From the IMG/VR virus record IMGVR_UViG_3300022723_000207, positions 1 through 64,000 of that record: DNA of 64,000 nucleotides. One strand, 5' to 3'. A program made the translations under genes and the position numbers. This document shows, in pieces, positions 20,579 through 30,557 of this stretch. Source of the stretch: a virus. The stretch's first letter is position 1, and every line of letters begins with the position of its first letter. Under the pieces are notes generated by a model. The model did no database searches and was not told where the DNA came from. It saw nothing but the letters and a program-made list of their open reading frames with translations.

Positions 20579-21145
20579 ATGAAACTAATAAACGATTTAA
20601 TAATTGAACAAAATGGCATTCTTTCTGTAGTTCGATCAGGAACTCTGATTAGAGAGACGGTAGAAGATTTCTTTTCTCAGTATGTTTCTGAGATACCAAA
20701 AAACGCTAAAATTATTAAGAATACGGTAGAAGACTTTACCGATAAGGTGGAAGGCCGTCAAACAGATGTTGACGACTTTGATATGCATCATGTGGATGTA
20801 GCAGAAGGTGAATTTATTTTTCAATCATCAGTTCCATTGACTGATGAAATCATCAGGGATTTTCAAGAGGAAATTGAGGAGCCAGTTACAGCTGAAAAAA
20901 TGGCTAACTATATTCAGGAAGATTTAGATGAAAATGATTTGTATGAAATTTTGGTCAGTAAATTATTGCCTGGTTTGGAAGGTTATACAAGAGAGGATGA
21001 TGATCGCGCAGCTGTAGTGGATTATGGCCTAAATGGTTACAATCTTAATCTGACAATCAAAATGAATATTAATCGTTATGATATGGCAGATGAACCGTTT
21101 CACAAGGGCAGTTACCGAACTGGTGGCTATTATCCAGATGCCTGA
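20579..21145 (+). CDS. Acidic hypothetical protein with MKL..IIE leader (possible internal head protein)
   Basis: Starts MKLINDLIIEQ; AAAATA 4 nt before the ATG. Confidence 0.65.
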   Translation: MKLINDLIIEQNGILSVVRSGTLIRETVEDFFSQYVSEIPKNAKIIKNTVEDFTDKVEGRQTDVDDFDMHHVDVAEGEFIFQSSVPLTDEIIRDFQEEIEEPVTAEKMANYIQEDLDENDLYEILVSKLLPGLEGYTREDDDRAAVVDYGLNGYNLNLTIKMNINRYDMADEPFHKGSYRTGGYYPDA

Positions 21146-21156
21146 ATAAATAAAGC

Positions 21157-21528
21157 ATGCCTAAAAATATCCCAAAATACGTTCAAGTCCTAAATCGCGT
21201 CCCTGATCCAGACAATAAGTTAAAAGAACACCTGATCAAGGCGTATGAGTTAGACGGTGTTTTAGTTGATAAGGAGATGGCACGTCTAAACCCCAATGCT
21301 AAGACGAAGGTTATTTGTGTTACTTCGCGCCATGCTAAGAAGGTGGTGATGGCTGGAGCAGAGGAATTTGAGGGTCGCAATCAGAAGCTGGGGCATTGGA
21401 TTTATTGTGGTAATCTTTATTATGTGCGGAAATTAGGAGAAGAATACGAATTTGCGCAGTATTTGCGCTATAACACTGAGACTAAAAAGACCGAGGGTCT
21501 TTGGGATGCGGAATCCGATAATCCATGA
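21157..21528 (+). CDS. Hypothetical protein
   Basis: 123-aa ORF; TAAATA 4 nt upstream. Confidence 0.65.
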   Translation: MPKNIPKYVQVLNRVPDPDNKLKEHLIKAYELDGVLVDKEMARLNPNAKTKVICVTSRHAKKVVMAGAEEFEGRNQKLGHWIYCGNLYYVRKLGEEYEFAQYLRYNTETKKTEGLWDAESDNP

Positions 21529-21896
21529 TCGTTGAGCTTATTACTGTTCTCTTAATATTGATTGTTAGCGGGATTGTTAGCGGGATAGTTTGCCGTATTG
21601 TTTGTTATGGCATTAAACAACGTTGTGAAAGCAATGAGCGAATTGCAGCATTGATAGTAAATGCTTTAAGACACTATTCAGAAATACATAGGGAATGGAT
21701 AGAGTATCAGGCTACTAATGGACCAAAACGCTTTACTAACAACCCAGAGAGTAGCCCTAGAACTGCTGAAAAAGAATCAACTGGAGACGAAGATCGATCA
21801 GCTATGGCGATCGGTCCGCAGCCGGAAGATTACCTCTCGAAAATTTCTAAAGGAACTAAAACGGCTGTGTCATTTGGAGAAGATGTCTCCGAGTGA
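21525..21896 (+). CDS. Membrane-anchored protein
   Basis: Hydrophobic N-terminus LITVLLILIVSGIVSGIVC; ATGA overlap with the upstream gene. Confidence 0.6.
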   Translation: MIVELITVLLILIVSGIVSGIVCRIVCYGIKQRCESNERIAALIVNALRHYSEIHREWIEYQATNGPKRFTNNPESSPRTAEKESTGDEDRSAMAIGPQPEDYLSKISKGTKTAVSFGEDVSE

Positions 21897-21951
21897 AGTA
21901 GATAATATCAAATGGCATTATACAGCATTACTCATTAAGAGGGGCCAGCTA

Positions 21952-22983
21952 ATGCGCTTGGGACTCGATTTAGGCACTAAGAATATTGTTCTCTGTTACG
22001 AGGATGATGGTAAGATGCGTTTTCGCAGGGAGGTTAACGGTTTTTATCGTCTTCCACAGGATAATAATTTCACTAAGAATATGCTAGTATCCGCTGGAGT
22101 ACCGTATATTGAAATGGATGGTGCTTTTGTAGCATTAGGTGGTAAAGCAGAAGAAATTGCCCATGCCTTCAATAAGACTCTGCGTCGCCCAATGCAAGAA
22201 GGTGTCTTGGCTCGTGGTGAGGAAGATGCTATTGAAATCATGGCTATTATTGTTCAAAACCTCATTGGCTTTGATCTAGCAGAAGATGCTACTTTATACT
22301 ATTGTGTACCAGCTCCTGCACTTAATGCTGATGTCAACACGGACTTCCACCAAAGAATTGCCCAATTGATTATTAATGGTTATGAAAGCCAAAGTGGCAA
22401 ATCTTTAACGGGTCATCACGTCAATGAAGCACATGCTCTTGTCTTATCGTCGTTACCAGCTCCCACGGGTATCGGTATTTCTTGGGGCGCTGGCATGGTT
22501 AATGTTTGTTATTGTCTTTTTGGGCTTCCTGTTTACAGCTTTTCTCTTGTTGGTTCTGGTGACTGGATCGATACAGAGGCAGCGCGGCAGTTCGGTTATG
22601 ACCCCAAGAATCCAGAGGGGGACTACAAACACACCCCCACGTCCATTGCCAGGCTAAAAGAAGAGGTCAGCTTGACGGGAATGCCGTCAGACCCTACTAA
22701 GCGGGCGATTTATGTTTGTTATACTATTCTTATGGATAAGGTTATCGATGGAATCATTGATGGCTTTAAGAAGAATGAAGATAAGGCTCGCATTAACGAC
22801 GAAATACCTGTCGTAGTAGCAGGTGGTACTTCTAGCCCTGAAGGCTTTACTGAACTTTTCAAAGAACAATTCATGAAGAAGAATCCGCCATTTAAGGTCG
22901 GAGAGATAACTAGACCAGAGAAACCACTTTTCGCAGTAGCAGAAGGGTGTCTTCGCGCTGCACAACTACATGAGGAGGACTAA
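21952..22983 (+). CDS. Actin-like ATPase (MreB/ParM superfamily)
   Basis: Phosphate-1 GLDLGTKNI, connect-1 VNEAHA, phosphate-2 GISWGAGMVN, adenosine VVAGGTS; ATG at 21952 follows GAGGGG. Confidence 0.85.
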   Translation: MRLGLDLGTKNIVLCYEDDGKMRFRREVNGFYRLPQDNNFTKNMLVSAGVPYIEMDGAFVALGGKAEEIAHAFNKTLRRPMQEGVLARGEEDAIEIMAIIVQNLIGFDLAEDATLYYCVPAPALNADVNTDFHQRIAQLIINGYESQSGKSLTGHHVNEAHALVLSSLPAPTGIGISWGAGMVNVCYCLFGLPVYSFSLVGSGDWIDTEAARQFGYDPKNPEGDYKHTPTSIARLKEEVSLTGMPSDPTKRAIYVCYTILMDKVIDGIIDGFKKNEDKARINDEIPVVVAGGTSSPEGFTELFKEQFMKKNPPFKVGEITRPEKPLFAVAEGCLRAAQLHEED

Positions 22984-22985
22984 TC

Positions 22986-23255
22986 ATGTCTGATGAAGAG
23001 AATACCCAAGATACCAGTGATGTCAGTGAGGACACCAGTGTCAAGAAGAATGTTGTAGAATTCGATCTTGATGCTATTGGTTCGGATTCAGCTGAGCTGG
23101 TTGGGTTGGCCAAGCAGATTGTTGACGATACCCCTAAGGGTCTCGCTGGCAACAAGCAGGCCGCACGCCGGGCGCGTAAGGCGCTCAATGAGCTGAAGAA
23201 GTTGTGTACGCCTCTGCGTATCAAGATCCAAGAAGCGATCAAAAAGGGCGACTGA
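22986..23255 (+). CDS. Hc1-like histone H1-type nucleoid protein
   Basis: KGLAGNKQAARRARKALNELKKLCTPLRIKIQE matches the Hc1 GNKxAxxRxR core; acidic N-terminal tail; GAGGAGG RBS. Confidence 0.7.
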   Translation: MSDEENTQDTSDVSEDTSVKKNVVEFDLDAIGSDSAELVGLAKQIVDDTPKGLAGNKQAARRARKALNELKKLCTPLRIKIQEAIKKGD

Positions 23256-23279
23256 AGTCACGACACCCTTCTGCTCTCT

Positions 23280-23316
23280 CTTTGATGGCCATTGGGATTT
23301 CCAGTGGCCATCAAAG
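23280..23316. terminator. Stem-loop after the Hc1-like gene
   Basis: ctttgatggcca ... tggccatcaaag, a 12-bp perfect stem. Confidence 0.7.
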
Positions 23317-23323
23317 TTAATGT

Positions 23324-24418
23324 ATGGAAGATATCAAAAATAATGCTGAGAGCAGTTTACTTAAAAAGAAGAATGTCGTCGGGGTTGGGTTAGGCCAAAA
23401 ATGGATTAAAGGCCAAAACACCGGGGAAGACGCGATATTGGTCTTTGTGTCACGTAAGATGGATAAAAGAGCGTTGTCTAAGGACGACCTTATCCCTGAC
23501 ACTATCGACGGCGCTAAAACAGATGTAGTGGGCCGGTCTGGTACTTTTAAAGTCCAGGGGGTTTACACTAATCGCATGCGGCCACTCCAACCGGGGTATT
23601 CAGTTAGTCACCCACGAGTGACTGTGGGCACGATGGGCGCAGTATTCAGAGATTTTAATAATGAAGTAGTGATCCTGTCTAATAGCCATGTCTTGGCAAA
23701 TTCTGGCCGTAGAGTTCGACGGGGAGATCCGATTTATCAGCCAGGGACTTATGACGGCGGTGCTGGAGGAGATACGGTTGGTAAACTTAAATATCATAGA
23801 GGACTAGCAACGCAATGGGGTAGGGCATGGAATAACGCCGATCGTCATCATGTATATGGTTATAATTTTGAAGATTCAGCAGTGATGTCAATTAACGATG
23901 GGATTGATTACAATCATGAAATCCCAGTTGTTGGTTATGTACAAGACTTTAGAGAAGAATTATTGACAGTTGGTGAGAACCTTCAGAAGTCTGGTCGTAC
24001 AACAGGATATACAAGAGCTAAAGTGATCGCTACTAGCATGACTGTTAATGTTGACTATGGATTTGCGGTTTTGCAATTTAGAGATCAGATTGCTACGGAC
24101 GCAATGAGTAGTGGTGGGGATTCCGGTAGTGTAACCCTAGATATGAATAACAATGCAGTAGGGTTGTTGTTTGCTGGTTCTTCTACTGTCACACTTCATA
24201 ATCGCATTCGTTACCCACGTGCTTCTTATGGTCTGCAGATTATTCCTGGAACTAACATTGTTACATCTTATGATTACCAACTAATTGTTGATGGGCAGAC
24301 CACTGAACAGTCATATAACATTAATGATTATGATGTAGCGATGCAAGATGTGCGCCAATTAGCACTGGATGGCAAGACTGCTTCAATTGCACTGACCTAT
24401 CAGGCTCAACCAGAATGA
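23324..24418 (+). CDS. Trypsin-like serine protease (Nal1-type)
   Basis: NVVGVGLG...TDVV pro-domain, LSNSHVLA (His), EDSA (Asp), GGDSGS (Ser), VGLLFAGS. Confidence 0.85.
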   Translation: MEDIKNNAESSLLKKKNVVGVGLGQKWIKGQNTGEDAILVFVSRKMDKRALSKDDLIPDTIDGAKTDVVGRSGTFKVQGVYTNRMRPLQPGYSVSHPRVTVGTMGAVFRDFNNEVVILSNSHVLANSGRRVRRGDPIYQPGTYDGGAGGDTVGKLKYHRGLATQWGRAWNNADRHHVYGYNFEDSAVMSINDGIDYNHEIPVVGYVQDFREELLTVGENLQKSGRTTGYTRAKVIATSMTVNVDYGFAVLQFRDQIATDAMSSGGDSGSVTLDMNNNAVGLLFAGSSTVTLHNRIRYPRASYGLQIIPGTNIVTSYDYQLIVDGQTTEQSYNINDYDVAMQDVRQLALDGKTASIALTYQAQPE

Positions 24419-25554
24419 CCTTAACTAGTATTAGTCCACCATTTATCTTCGAGGATGATCAAGACCCCGAGCATGTTTATCGAGGAATCAAGGATCACGA
24501 AATTAAATTATTGGAGAAAATTGGCGATATCCATACTTTAGTTGATTTTGAAATATTAGATGAACGAGTTGAAGTTGGTGGTTCTAAAATTCGCTTGGCG
24601 CGGATGAAGCGTGTTCCAGCGGACATTCGTATTCAAGAACTTACTAAGAAACAAGCCAAAAAACTTTTATGTGATCAGATCGATCTATGTGTTGATGTAT
24701 TAAAATGTGGTGTCTGCTTATCTGATATTTCAGAATCTAACATTATTTATTGGGCTGGCAAGTCATACTTCATTGATTTAAATGCCTTTGCGGATCCTGT
24801 TTCCCGTAGGGGCATGCCTTATGCGTATGTTAAAATGTCTTATATGGTCAATCGTTATTTGGGTGATAAGACTTGCATTGGTTCTTCAGTAAATGCAGAT
24901 CATAAGACTATTAGAGGGTATAAAGATTGGACTGCACATAATTGGACCCCAGATCAAGATATAAATTTATGGCAACGTTTTCAAGAATATGTCCATAATT
25001 ACCCAATAACCGAAGCTAAAAAAACTCACTGGTCGGATGAGTATGCACATGATGAAGAGAAATTACGTGAAAACAAAAAGATGAAAATTGTAGCAGACAT
25101 GTTGAAACAGGTAAAAGGGTATTCTGTTCTAGACATTGGGACTAATAAAGGGTATTACTTAGATATCGTTAAGGACAAGTTTGATCGTTTAATTGGATTT
25201 GATTGTGATGATCGCTGCATTAATTTGGCTGAACAACAATGCGGTGATGATAAGACTACATTTGTAAAGTTTGGAATTGAAGACTGTTTTGGTGACAGGA
25301 CTAAAAGAGAAGAGCGATATCGTTCTGATGTAGTTTTAGCACTGGCGGTTACACATCATTTTGCAACTAATAGGATATCCGCGCAAAAGGCAGCTACAGC
25401 TATTGCCAAAATGGCAAATAAGACGATCTTAATTGAAGACATAGATAATGGGCATATGTATCGTGGAGTGTTTGAAGCTGCAGGATTTAAGCGGGTTGAT
25501 CGTAGAGACTCAGACCCGTGTAGACGCAAGCTAACTCTGTGGTCTAAATCTTAA
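24415..25554 (+). CDS. Kinase-like plus SAM methyltransferase fusion (NoeA-like)
   Basis: LSDISESNIIY...FIDL kinase-like motifs; SVLDIGTNKGYY and DVVLALAVTHH methyltransferase motifs. Confidence 0.7.
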   Translation: MTLTSISPPFIFEDDQDPEHVYRGIKDHEIKLLEKIGDIHTLVDFEILDERVEVGGSKIRLARMKRVPADIRIQELTKKQAKKLLCDQIDLCVDVLKCGVCLSDISESNIIYWAGKSYFIDLNAFADPVSRRGMPYAYVKMSYMVNRYLGDKTCIGSSVNADHKTIRGYKDWTAHNWTPDQDINLWQRFQEYVHNYPITEAKKTHWSDEYAHDEEKLRENKKMKIVADMLKQVKGYSVLDIGTNKGYYLDIVKDKFDRLIGFDCDDRCINLAEQQCGDDKTTFVKFGIEDCFGDRTKREERYRSDVVLALAVTHHFATNRISAQKAATAIAKMANKTILIEDIDNGHMYRGVFEAAGFKRVDRRDSDPCRRKLTLWSKS

Positions 25555-26170
25555 CATAAAACGAATTGTTGTGGCTCTTCTTGTCGAAACGGTAGCCTAG
25601 TTTAGATAAATATTTGTCTATTTGTTGCCCTAGATGACCGTGTTCAATGCAGAATACTTTTGGCAGGATTTTAGACCCGTGCATTCCGTCTAATACTTGC
25701 AGTTCATGTCCTTCCACATCAAGAACAAAGAGATCTAGTTCTTTGATCTCTGCGATCTCCAGTAACTCTGGATAGGTAATCAAATCAACATCATATTTTT
25801 CGAATTTGCAGCCGTCTTTGATTAGAGACTGCTTGTGGGTAGGAGTGTGCGCCAATGACCCATTACCAAAACGACGACCTAGACTAGGATGAATGGCATG
25901 CATAAATTCAGCCGCGCCTGACTGACCAGATAATGCAGCTCGTACGTTGATGCTATCCGGTCTGTTGTTACAGAGCATTTCATAGAGAGGCGGCACTGGT
26001 TCCACATTAATAGTGGTCCATCCCATGGTTTCTTCAAAGAATTTGCAACTGGATTCCAATAATCCGTCTAGTGCGCCACATTCGATGCATATGCCGTTTC
26101 TTTTATCCTTGAAATAATTGTCGTATAAGAATTTATCGACAGGTGGATCCCATTGGCCATAAAATTTCAT
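25544..26170 (-). CDS. FkbM-family methyltransferase
   Basis: IECGALDG, VEP, LDLFVLDVEGHELQVLDG, IEH. Confidence 0.9.
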   Translation of the reverse strand: MKFYGQWDPPVDKFLYDNYFKDKRNGICIECGALDGLLESSCKFFEETMGWTTINVEPVPPLYEMLCNNRPDSINVRAALSGQSGAAEFMHAIHPSLGRRFGNGSLAHTPTHKQSLIKDGCKFEKYDVDLITYPELLEIAEIKELDLFVLDVEGHELQVLDGMHGSKILPKVFCIEHGHLGQQIDKYLSKLGYRFDKKSHNNSFYVKI

Positions 26171-27021
26171 GATAAGTCTTTCTTCAAATCGTTTAAGAAG
26201 TTAGGCAGTGCATGTCCTAATGGTTTTAATCTTTGTTTAAAATAGCCAGCTGCGTTAGAGCTTAATGGTTGGACATTAAAATCTTCTTCGATCCATCTTT
26301 CTTTGTGGTCTTTAAATTTAGAAAATACTTCTTCGTACCAATCTTTGCGAATGCACCCTGGAATTCTGTGGTTATAATATTTCATTTTCATTTTGACAGA
26401 GCGGTCTAAGACATATGAGAAATGATAAGTGTAAATGCCTGCTGCTTTAAAGATATCAGGCTGCACAGTCGGGGCCGGTAGCACACGTTTTGTTTTAGGG
26501 TCGTAGTATCCACGTTGAGGAATATGATGGATATACTTCCCTGGTGATCGGCGGAAGATCCGTTCAAAAGTGAACCAATCTCTTTTCCATCCATTTGCGC
26601 CGTGTGCTTCTATGATAGTGTCGGTATCGCCCCAGAATACGTAATTTGGGATTGAAAGGATTTGATTATGTCGGTTACTAAATTGTTTTTTAATGAATGG
26701 GATATGTGCGGGGTCAACGAATTCATCAATGTCGATGTGCCAAATGATATCGCCAGTAGCGTGCCTGCTGTATTCGTGACACATTTCATTTTTATTATTC
26801 CAATCACGCTGAATTAATTTGATTTTATTATGGGGGTCTGAATATGATTTAATAAAATCGATAGTTCCATCCTGTGAACGTCTATATCCGTTTATCTTGT
26901 TCCAAGTATTGTCTCCACCCTCGCATATAATTATTTGGTGGGCATGCGGGTAGATCAGTTTTAATTGATGCTTGATGAACGGCATGCCATCCACCACAAT
27001 CACACCATAGGTAATTTTCAT
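26167..27021 (-). CDS. GT2-like glycosyltransferase
   Basis: IIICEGG, SQDGTIDFI, IIWHIDIDEF (DxD), YHFSYV; ATG at 27021. Confidence 0.8.
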   Translation of the reverse strand: MKITYGVIVVDGMPFIKHQLKLIYPHAHQIIICEGGDNTWNKINGYRRSQDGTIDFIKSYSDPHNKIKLIQRDWNNKNEMCHEYSRHATGDIIWHIDIDEFVDPAHIPFIKKQFSNRHNQILSIPNYVFWGDTDTIIEAHGANGWKRDWFTFERIFRRSPGKYIHHIPQRGYYDPKTKRVLPAPTVQPDIFKAAGIYTYHFSYVLDRSVKMKMKYYNHRIPGCIRKDWYEEVFSKFKDHKERWIEEDFNVQPLSSNAAGYFKQRLKPLGHALPNFLNDLKKDLS

Positions 27022-27719
27022 AAAAACTCCGTCGACCAACTATCGTCTGATTCATATCCTAGTTCTTGGAGTACACGACAGAAATCAGAATGATAGCTTT
27101 TCAAGATTTCTTTAATTCGATTTTTGTGTTCTTGATTTCGCCAGTTGCCGACACTATTTTGATCAATTGGCCTTAGGTTTCTAACAGCATTCCTTACTTG
27201 AGAATTATTTTCAAATGAGCTATATGCCTTGTTGTAGTTGCTATAGACATCATTTAAGAATTTGGCTATCTTTTTTACTATATGCTGATGGTTAGTAGTT
27301 AAATCTTCATATTTAACGAAAAATAAGTTAGGGTTATCATAATAACTTTTAGCATTATCGTGTGAATAGATCCATTGCCATGGTCTAGCCCAATAAATGT
27401 CTTTGTTCAGATTATGTTTCGAAACACAAACATCACGGCCATCCCTTGCGACGTAGATTATTTTCCAGTTTTCTTTCAATAAGTCGCCAATAGTTTTAAT
27501 TTGATCACCTTTAATAAAGTCCCCTTTATATCGATCATTTTCTTCAATGTATTGCCCTTGTGGGCATTTGACTATATAATTTTTGTGTTTTGTTTTAGGT
27601 ATTTTGTTGAAGGGGTTTTTCTCTTCTGGATGTGTATAGGAACCCCTAAAAGAAGAAAGTATCACTTGTAACAGTGTGGTCCCAGACCGTTGATTACCAG
27701 TGACAAGCACTTTTTGCAT
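27018..27719 (-). CDS. Sulfotransferase
   Basis: 5'-PSB loop VTGNQRSGTTLL, 3'-PB IYVARDGRDVCVS, VKYEDL, SVGNWR. Confidence 0.9.
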   Translation of the reverse strand: MQKVLVTGNQRSGTTLLQVILSSFRGSYTHPEEKNPFNKIPKTKHKNYIVKCPQGQYIEENDRYKGDFIKGDQIKTIGDLLKENWKIIYVARDGRDVCVSKHNLNKDIYWARPWQWIYSHDNAKSYYDNPNLFFVKYEDLTTNHQHIVKKIAKFLNDVYSNYNKAYSSFENNSQVRNAVRNLRPIDQNSVGNWRNQEHKNRIKEILKSYHSDFCRVLQELGYESDDSWSTEFL

Positions 27720-27743
27720 ATACTATTTACAAAAATAGCTAAG

Positions 27744-28016
27744 CTAAATAGATGGACTGGGGTTCGGAACTAGATTTCCAGGCTTATTGCGGTCGCGATC
27801 TCCTTCGGAGGCACCGACCATATCTTTAACATCTTTGTCGTTTGTTGCAGCTGCAGTTTGATTGCCAGAACGATCAGGTTGTTCTGTTTTATCAGGGTCG
27901 TCTTCAGCTTGTTTTTTATTGATGTTGCCTCGCCCTCTAGCACGCACATATTTGCTTAGAGAATTATCGAATAACTCATCTTCATCAAAGTCCTCGTTGA
28001 TGATTTTAAGCTTCAT
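27744..28016 (-). CDS. Small protein with MKLKIINE leader (possible internal head protein)
   Basis: Starts MKLKIINEDFDED; low complexity. Confidence 0.6.
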   Translation of the reverse strand: MKLKIINEDFDEDELFDNSLSKYVRARGRGNINKKQAEDDPDKTEQPDRSGNQTAAATNDKDVKDMVGASEGDRDRNKPGNLVPNPSPSI

Positions 28017-28527
28017 TATAAGAAGGTCTCACGTTATCTGGCTCTGCGCCAGTGTGAGGTTCGTTGTCACCGCTCATGGTGTCTTTATCTAAATCGTTGA
28101 CGGGATTATGGTGAGGCTCTTGAGTTACCTGTTTAATGCCTTCCATGTCTTCTGGCCAACCGCTCGCATTTTCGTTATTATGGTCAGGAAGGTATTCTGT
28201 GCGCACTTTATCAAGGGCTTCTAGAGCTGTTTCTATTTCTTCGTGGGGAATCCCTTGCCCCTCTAATTCTGAAGTTAAGGCTTCTTCAAAAGTAGAGTCA
28301 TTAATCCATTTGTAAGTGTGCACTTTATAGAAAGCACTGGTCAGTGAGTCAAAGAAATCGGATTCTCTAACGGCTACAGAAAAGCTGTTTTGGATATCTT
28401 CCCATTGGAATTGAGTGTTGTGGGAATGTTCTTCGTCTGAGCCGCCTTCTACCCGACCTAGATCATCTTGATCCAATAGGTTCTTCATAGATTCGACTAA
28501 TAGCTTCTCTAAGCGTGGTTTATCCAT
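28006..28527 (-). CDS. Acidic hypothetical protein
   Basis: 173-aa ORF overlapping the next gene. Confidence 0.65.
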   Translation of the reverse strand: MDKPRLEKLLVESMKNLLDQDDLGRVEGGSDEEHSHNTQFQWEDIQNSFSVAVRESDFFDSLTSAFYKVHTYKWINDSTFEEALTSELEGQGIPHEEIETALEALDKVRTEYLPDHNNENASGWPEDMEGIKQVTQEPHHNPVNDLDKDTMSGDNEPHTGAEPDNVRPSYNEA

Positions 28528-28550
28528 AATATTGATTCCTGTAAATAGAT

Positions 28551-28853
28551 TTGACGAAAATGAAAAGAACTACTTTCCAGCAATTCGATTTAGTCCGTAT
28601 CTTAACTACTCGCAATGTACAATGGCGTTGCGATACACCTGGAACGGTAACTGATCCTAAAGGGGCTTGGTCCGTGGTTGCGACTATGCCTTCTAAGGGG
28701 TGTTTGTTAATCCAAAAAGAAAATGCTCTAGCAGAGATTCCGGCATCGGATGTTAAAAGAGTGGCTAACTTTGATGTAGAAACTGTATTTGAAAAGATTG
28801 AAGAAATCAATAACAAACACTTGCCATCAAAGAGAGACGAAGAAGATGCCTGA
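28551..28853 (+). CDS. Hypothetical protein (SH3-like)
   Basis: FQQFDLVRIL...WSVVA beta-barrel-like pattern; upstream of recA. Confidence 0.55.
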   Translation: MTKMKRTTFQQFDLVRILTTRNVQWRCDTPGTVTDPKGAWSVVATMPSKGCLLIQKENALAEIPASDVKRVANFDVETVFEKIEEINNKHLPSKRDEEDA

Positions 28854-29874
28854 TAAAGATTTGGAATCCATCTTAAAGGCCGTCAATGGTAAAGACGGCA
28901 ATTTAGTTAAAATTGCATCTGATAGAGAACCAGTCGAAGCCTTAACAACCGGGTCGATTGCTATTGATCGTGCTATTGGTATTGGAGGGATGCCTAAAGG
29001 GCGCATTGTAGAAATTTATGGTCCAGAGGCTAGCGGTAAGACTACGATTATTCTTGGTATGATCGCAGCAGCCCAAAAAGCTGGTGTTAAATGTGCTTTT
29101 TTGGACATGGAACACGCTCTTACGCCTGGGTTGGCTACTGGCTGTGGCATTGATATGGATCAGTTAATATTCTCACAGCCGAATTATGGAGAGCAGTGCT
29201 TGAGCTTTGCTCAGAAATTGATTGAGACCGGGAAAGTCGGCATTGTAGTGATTGATAGTGTGGCAGCTATGGTCCCCAAGGCAGAATTAGATGGCGAAAT
29301 GGAGGACAACCAAATTGGTGCCCAAGCAAGGATGATTGGCAAAGGTGTTCGTAAGATTGTCGGCTCTATTAGTGATACTAATACGGTAATGATATTTGTT
29401 AATCAAATTCGTGAAAAAGTTGGTGTTATGTTTGGATCACCAGAAGTAACTCCTGGCGGTAAAGCAATCAAGTTTGCAGCTTCCCTACGTTTGGAAGTAC
29501 GTCGTACCACTTCTATAACGCAAGGTAGGAAGACTATTGGAAACAATCTTAAAGTCAAGGTCATCAAGAATAAGGTTGATATGCCAGGTGATTTTGCTGA
29601 AGTTGAATTATATTTCGGCAATGGAATTGACAATTCTAAGGACTTTATTACTGTTGCCATAGAGATGGGAATTGTAGAAAAGAGTGGTAGTTTCCTGACT
29701 TACGGGGAAATTAAAGAGAATGGCGCAGCCAATTTCCTGACTGAGGTTAAAAAGAAAGGCGTGTACGAGGAAATTGAGAAGAAGACTCGTGTAGCAATGA
29801 TCCAAGAAGTTAAAGATCCCATACCTCCAGAAGATAACGGGTTTGATGATGAGGAAGAAGGGGATCAAACTTAG
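28846..29874 (+). CDS. recA: RecA recombinase
   Basis: GRIVEIYGPEASGKTT, VVIDSVAAMVPKAELDG, NQIREKVGVMFGSPEVTPGG, KNKV; ATG at 28846. Confidence 0.95.
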   Translation: MPDKDLESILKAVNGKDGNLVKIASDREPVEALTTGSIAIDRAIGIGGMPKGRIVEIYGPEASGKTTIILGMIAAAQKAGVKCAFLDMEHALTPGLATGCGIDMDQLIFSQPNYGEQCLSFAQKLIETGKVGIVVIDSVAAMVPKAELDGEMEDNQIGAQARMIGKGVRKIVGSISDTNTVMIFVNQIREKVGVMFGSPEVTPGGKAIKFAASLRLEVRRTTSITQGRKTIGNNLKVKVIKNKVDMPGDFAEVELYFGNGIDNSKDFITVAIEMGIVEKSGSFLTYGEIKENGAANFLTEVKKKGVYEEIEKKTRVAMIQEVKDPIPPEDNGFDDEEEGDQT

Positions 29875-29879
29875 AATAG

Positions 29880-30557
29880 ATGGCCGATAACACTATAATT
29901 CGCGTTCCGCAGCCCCGTTTTGGCATTAGGGAAGTTGTCTATTTTAGAGAATCAGCCTTATTGGGTTATTTAGAGCCCGCTAAGGTTAAAGAGACTTTTT
30001 ATGATCCAGAACTTGGTAAGACTTTTTATGTTTTTGAATATAAAAAGAGTAAACCTAATACACAGATTGCTGGGGATGCAATTGATTTAAAAAGTGCTAA
30101 AAGGATTAGTGTAGTAGAAGAAGAATTATTAACTTACCAAGAAGCTTTGGCGATTAAATTGAATGCCTTGAATGCTGAACTAGATAAAACACAAACTCAA
30201 ATTGATAATAGTTTAGGAAGCCCAGAAATCGATGTAGTTGAAGCAGAAGCTACTGTGCCTCTTGAATTTGGTGATGTGGCTGTTGGGTCTTCAGTAACTA
30301 GAGAATATTCCGTCACTAATAATGGCGGAATCAACTTAGTATTGACCGGTTCTCCTGCTGTTTCGGTGTTAGGTGATGCTAATGACTTCTTGGTTACAGT
30401 GCAGCCAATTTCAACTATAGCTCCTGGTGATAGCGCCACGTTTACCTTGCGTTTTGCGCCTGTAGTTGTTGGCAGGAGAGTTGGCGTAATACAGATTTTA
30501 AGCAATGACTCCACGACATCGTTATTGTCATTTTCTGTAGAAGGAAATGGGACGTAG
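29880..30557 (+). CDS. Protein with C-terminal ASH/choice-of-anchor D Ig-like domain
   Basis: LEFGDVAVG...TNNG...L...IAPGDSATFTLRFAP...SND...GNG. Confidence 0.7.
   Translation: MADNTIIRVPQPRFGIREVVYFRESALLGYLEPAKVKETFYDPELGKTFYVFEYKKSKPNTQIAGDAIDLKSAKRISVVEEELLTYQEALAIKLNALNAELDKTQTQIDNSLGSPEIDVVEAEATVPLEFGDVAVGSSVTREYSVTNNGGINLVLTGSPAVSVLGDANDFLVTVQPISTIAPGDSATFTLRFAPVVVGRRVGVIQILSNDSTTSLLSFSVEGNGT

Noticed and set aside
21718-21951. 78-aa N-terminal extension of the actin-like ORF
   Set aside because: It overlaps the membrane-protein gene; the actin fold starts at ATG 21952, which has its own RBS.
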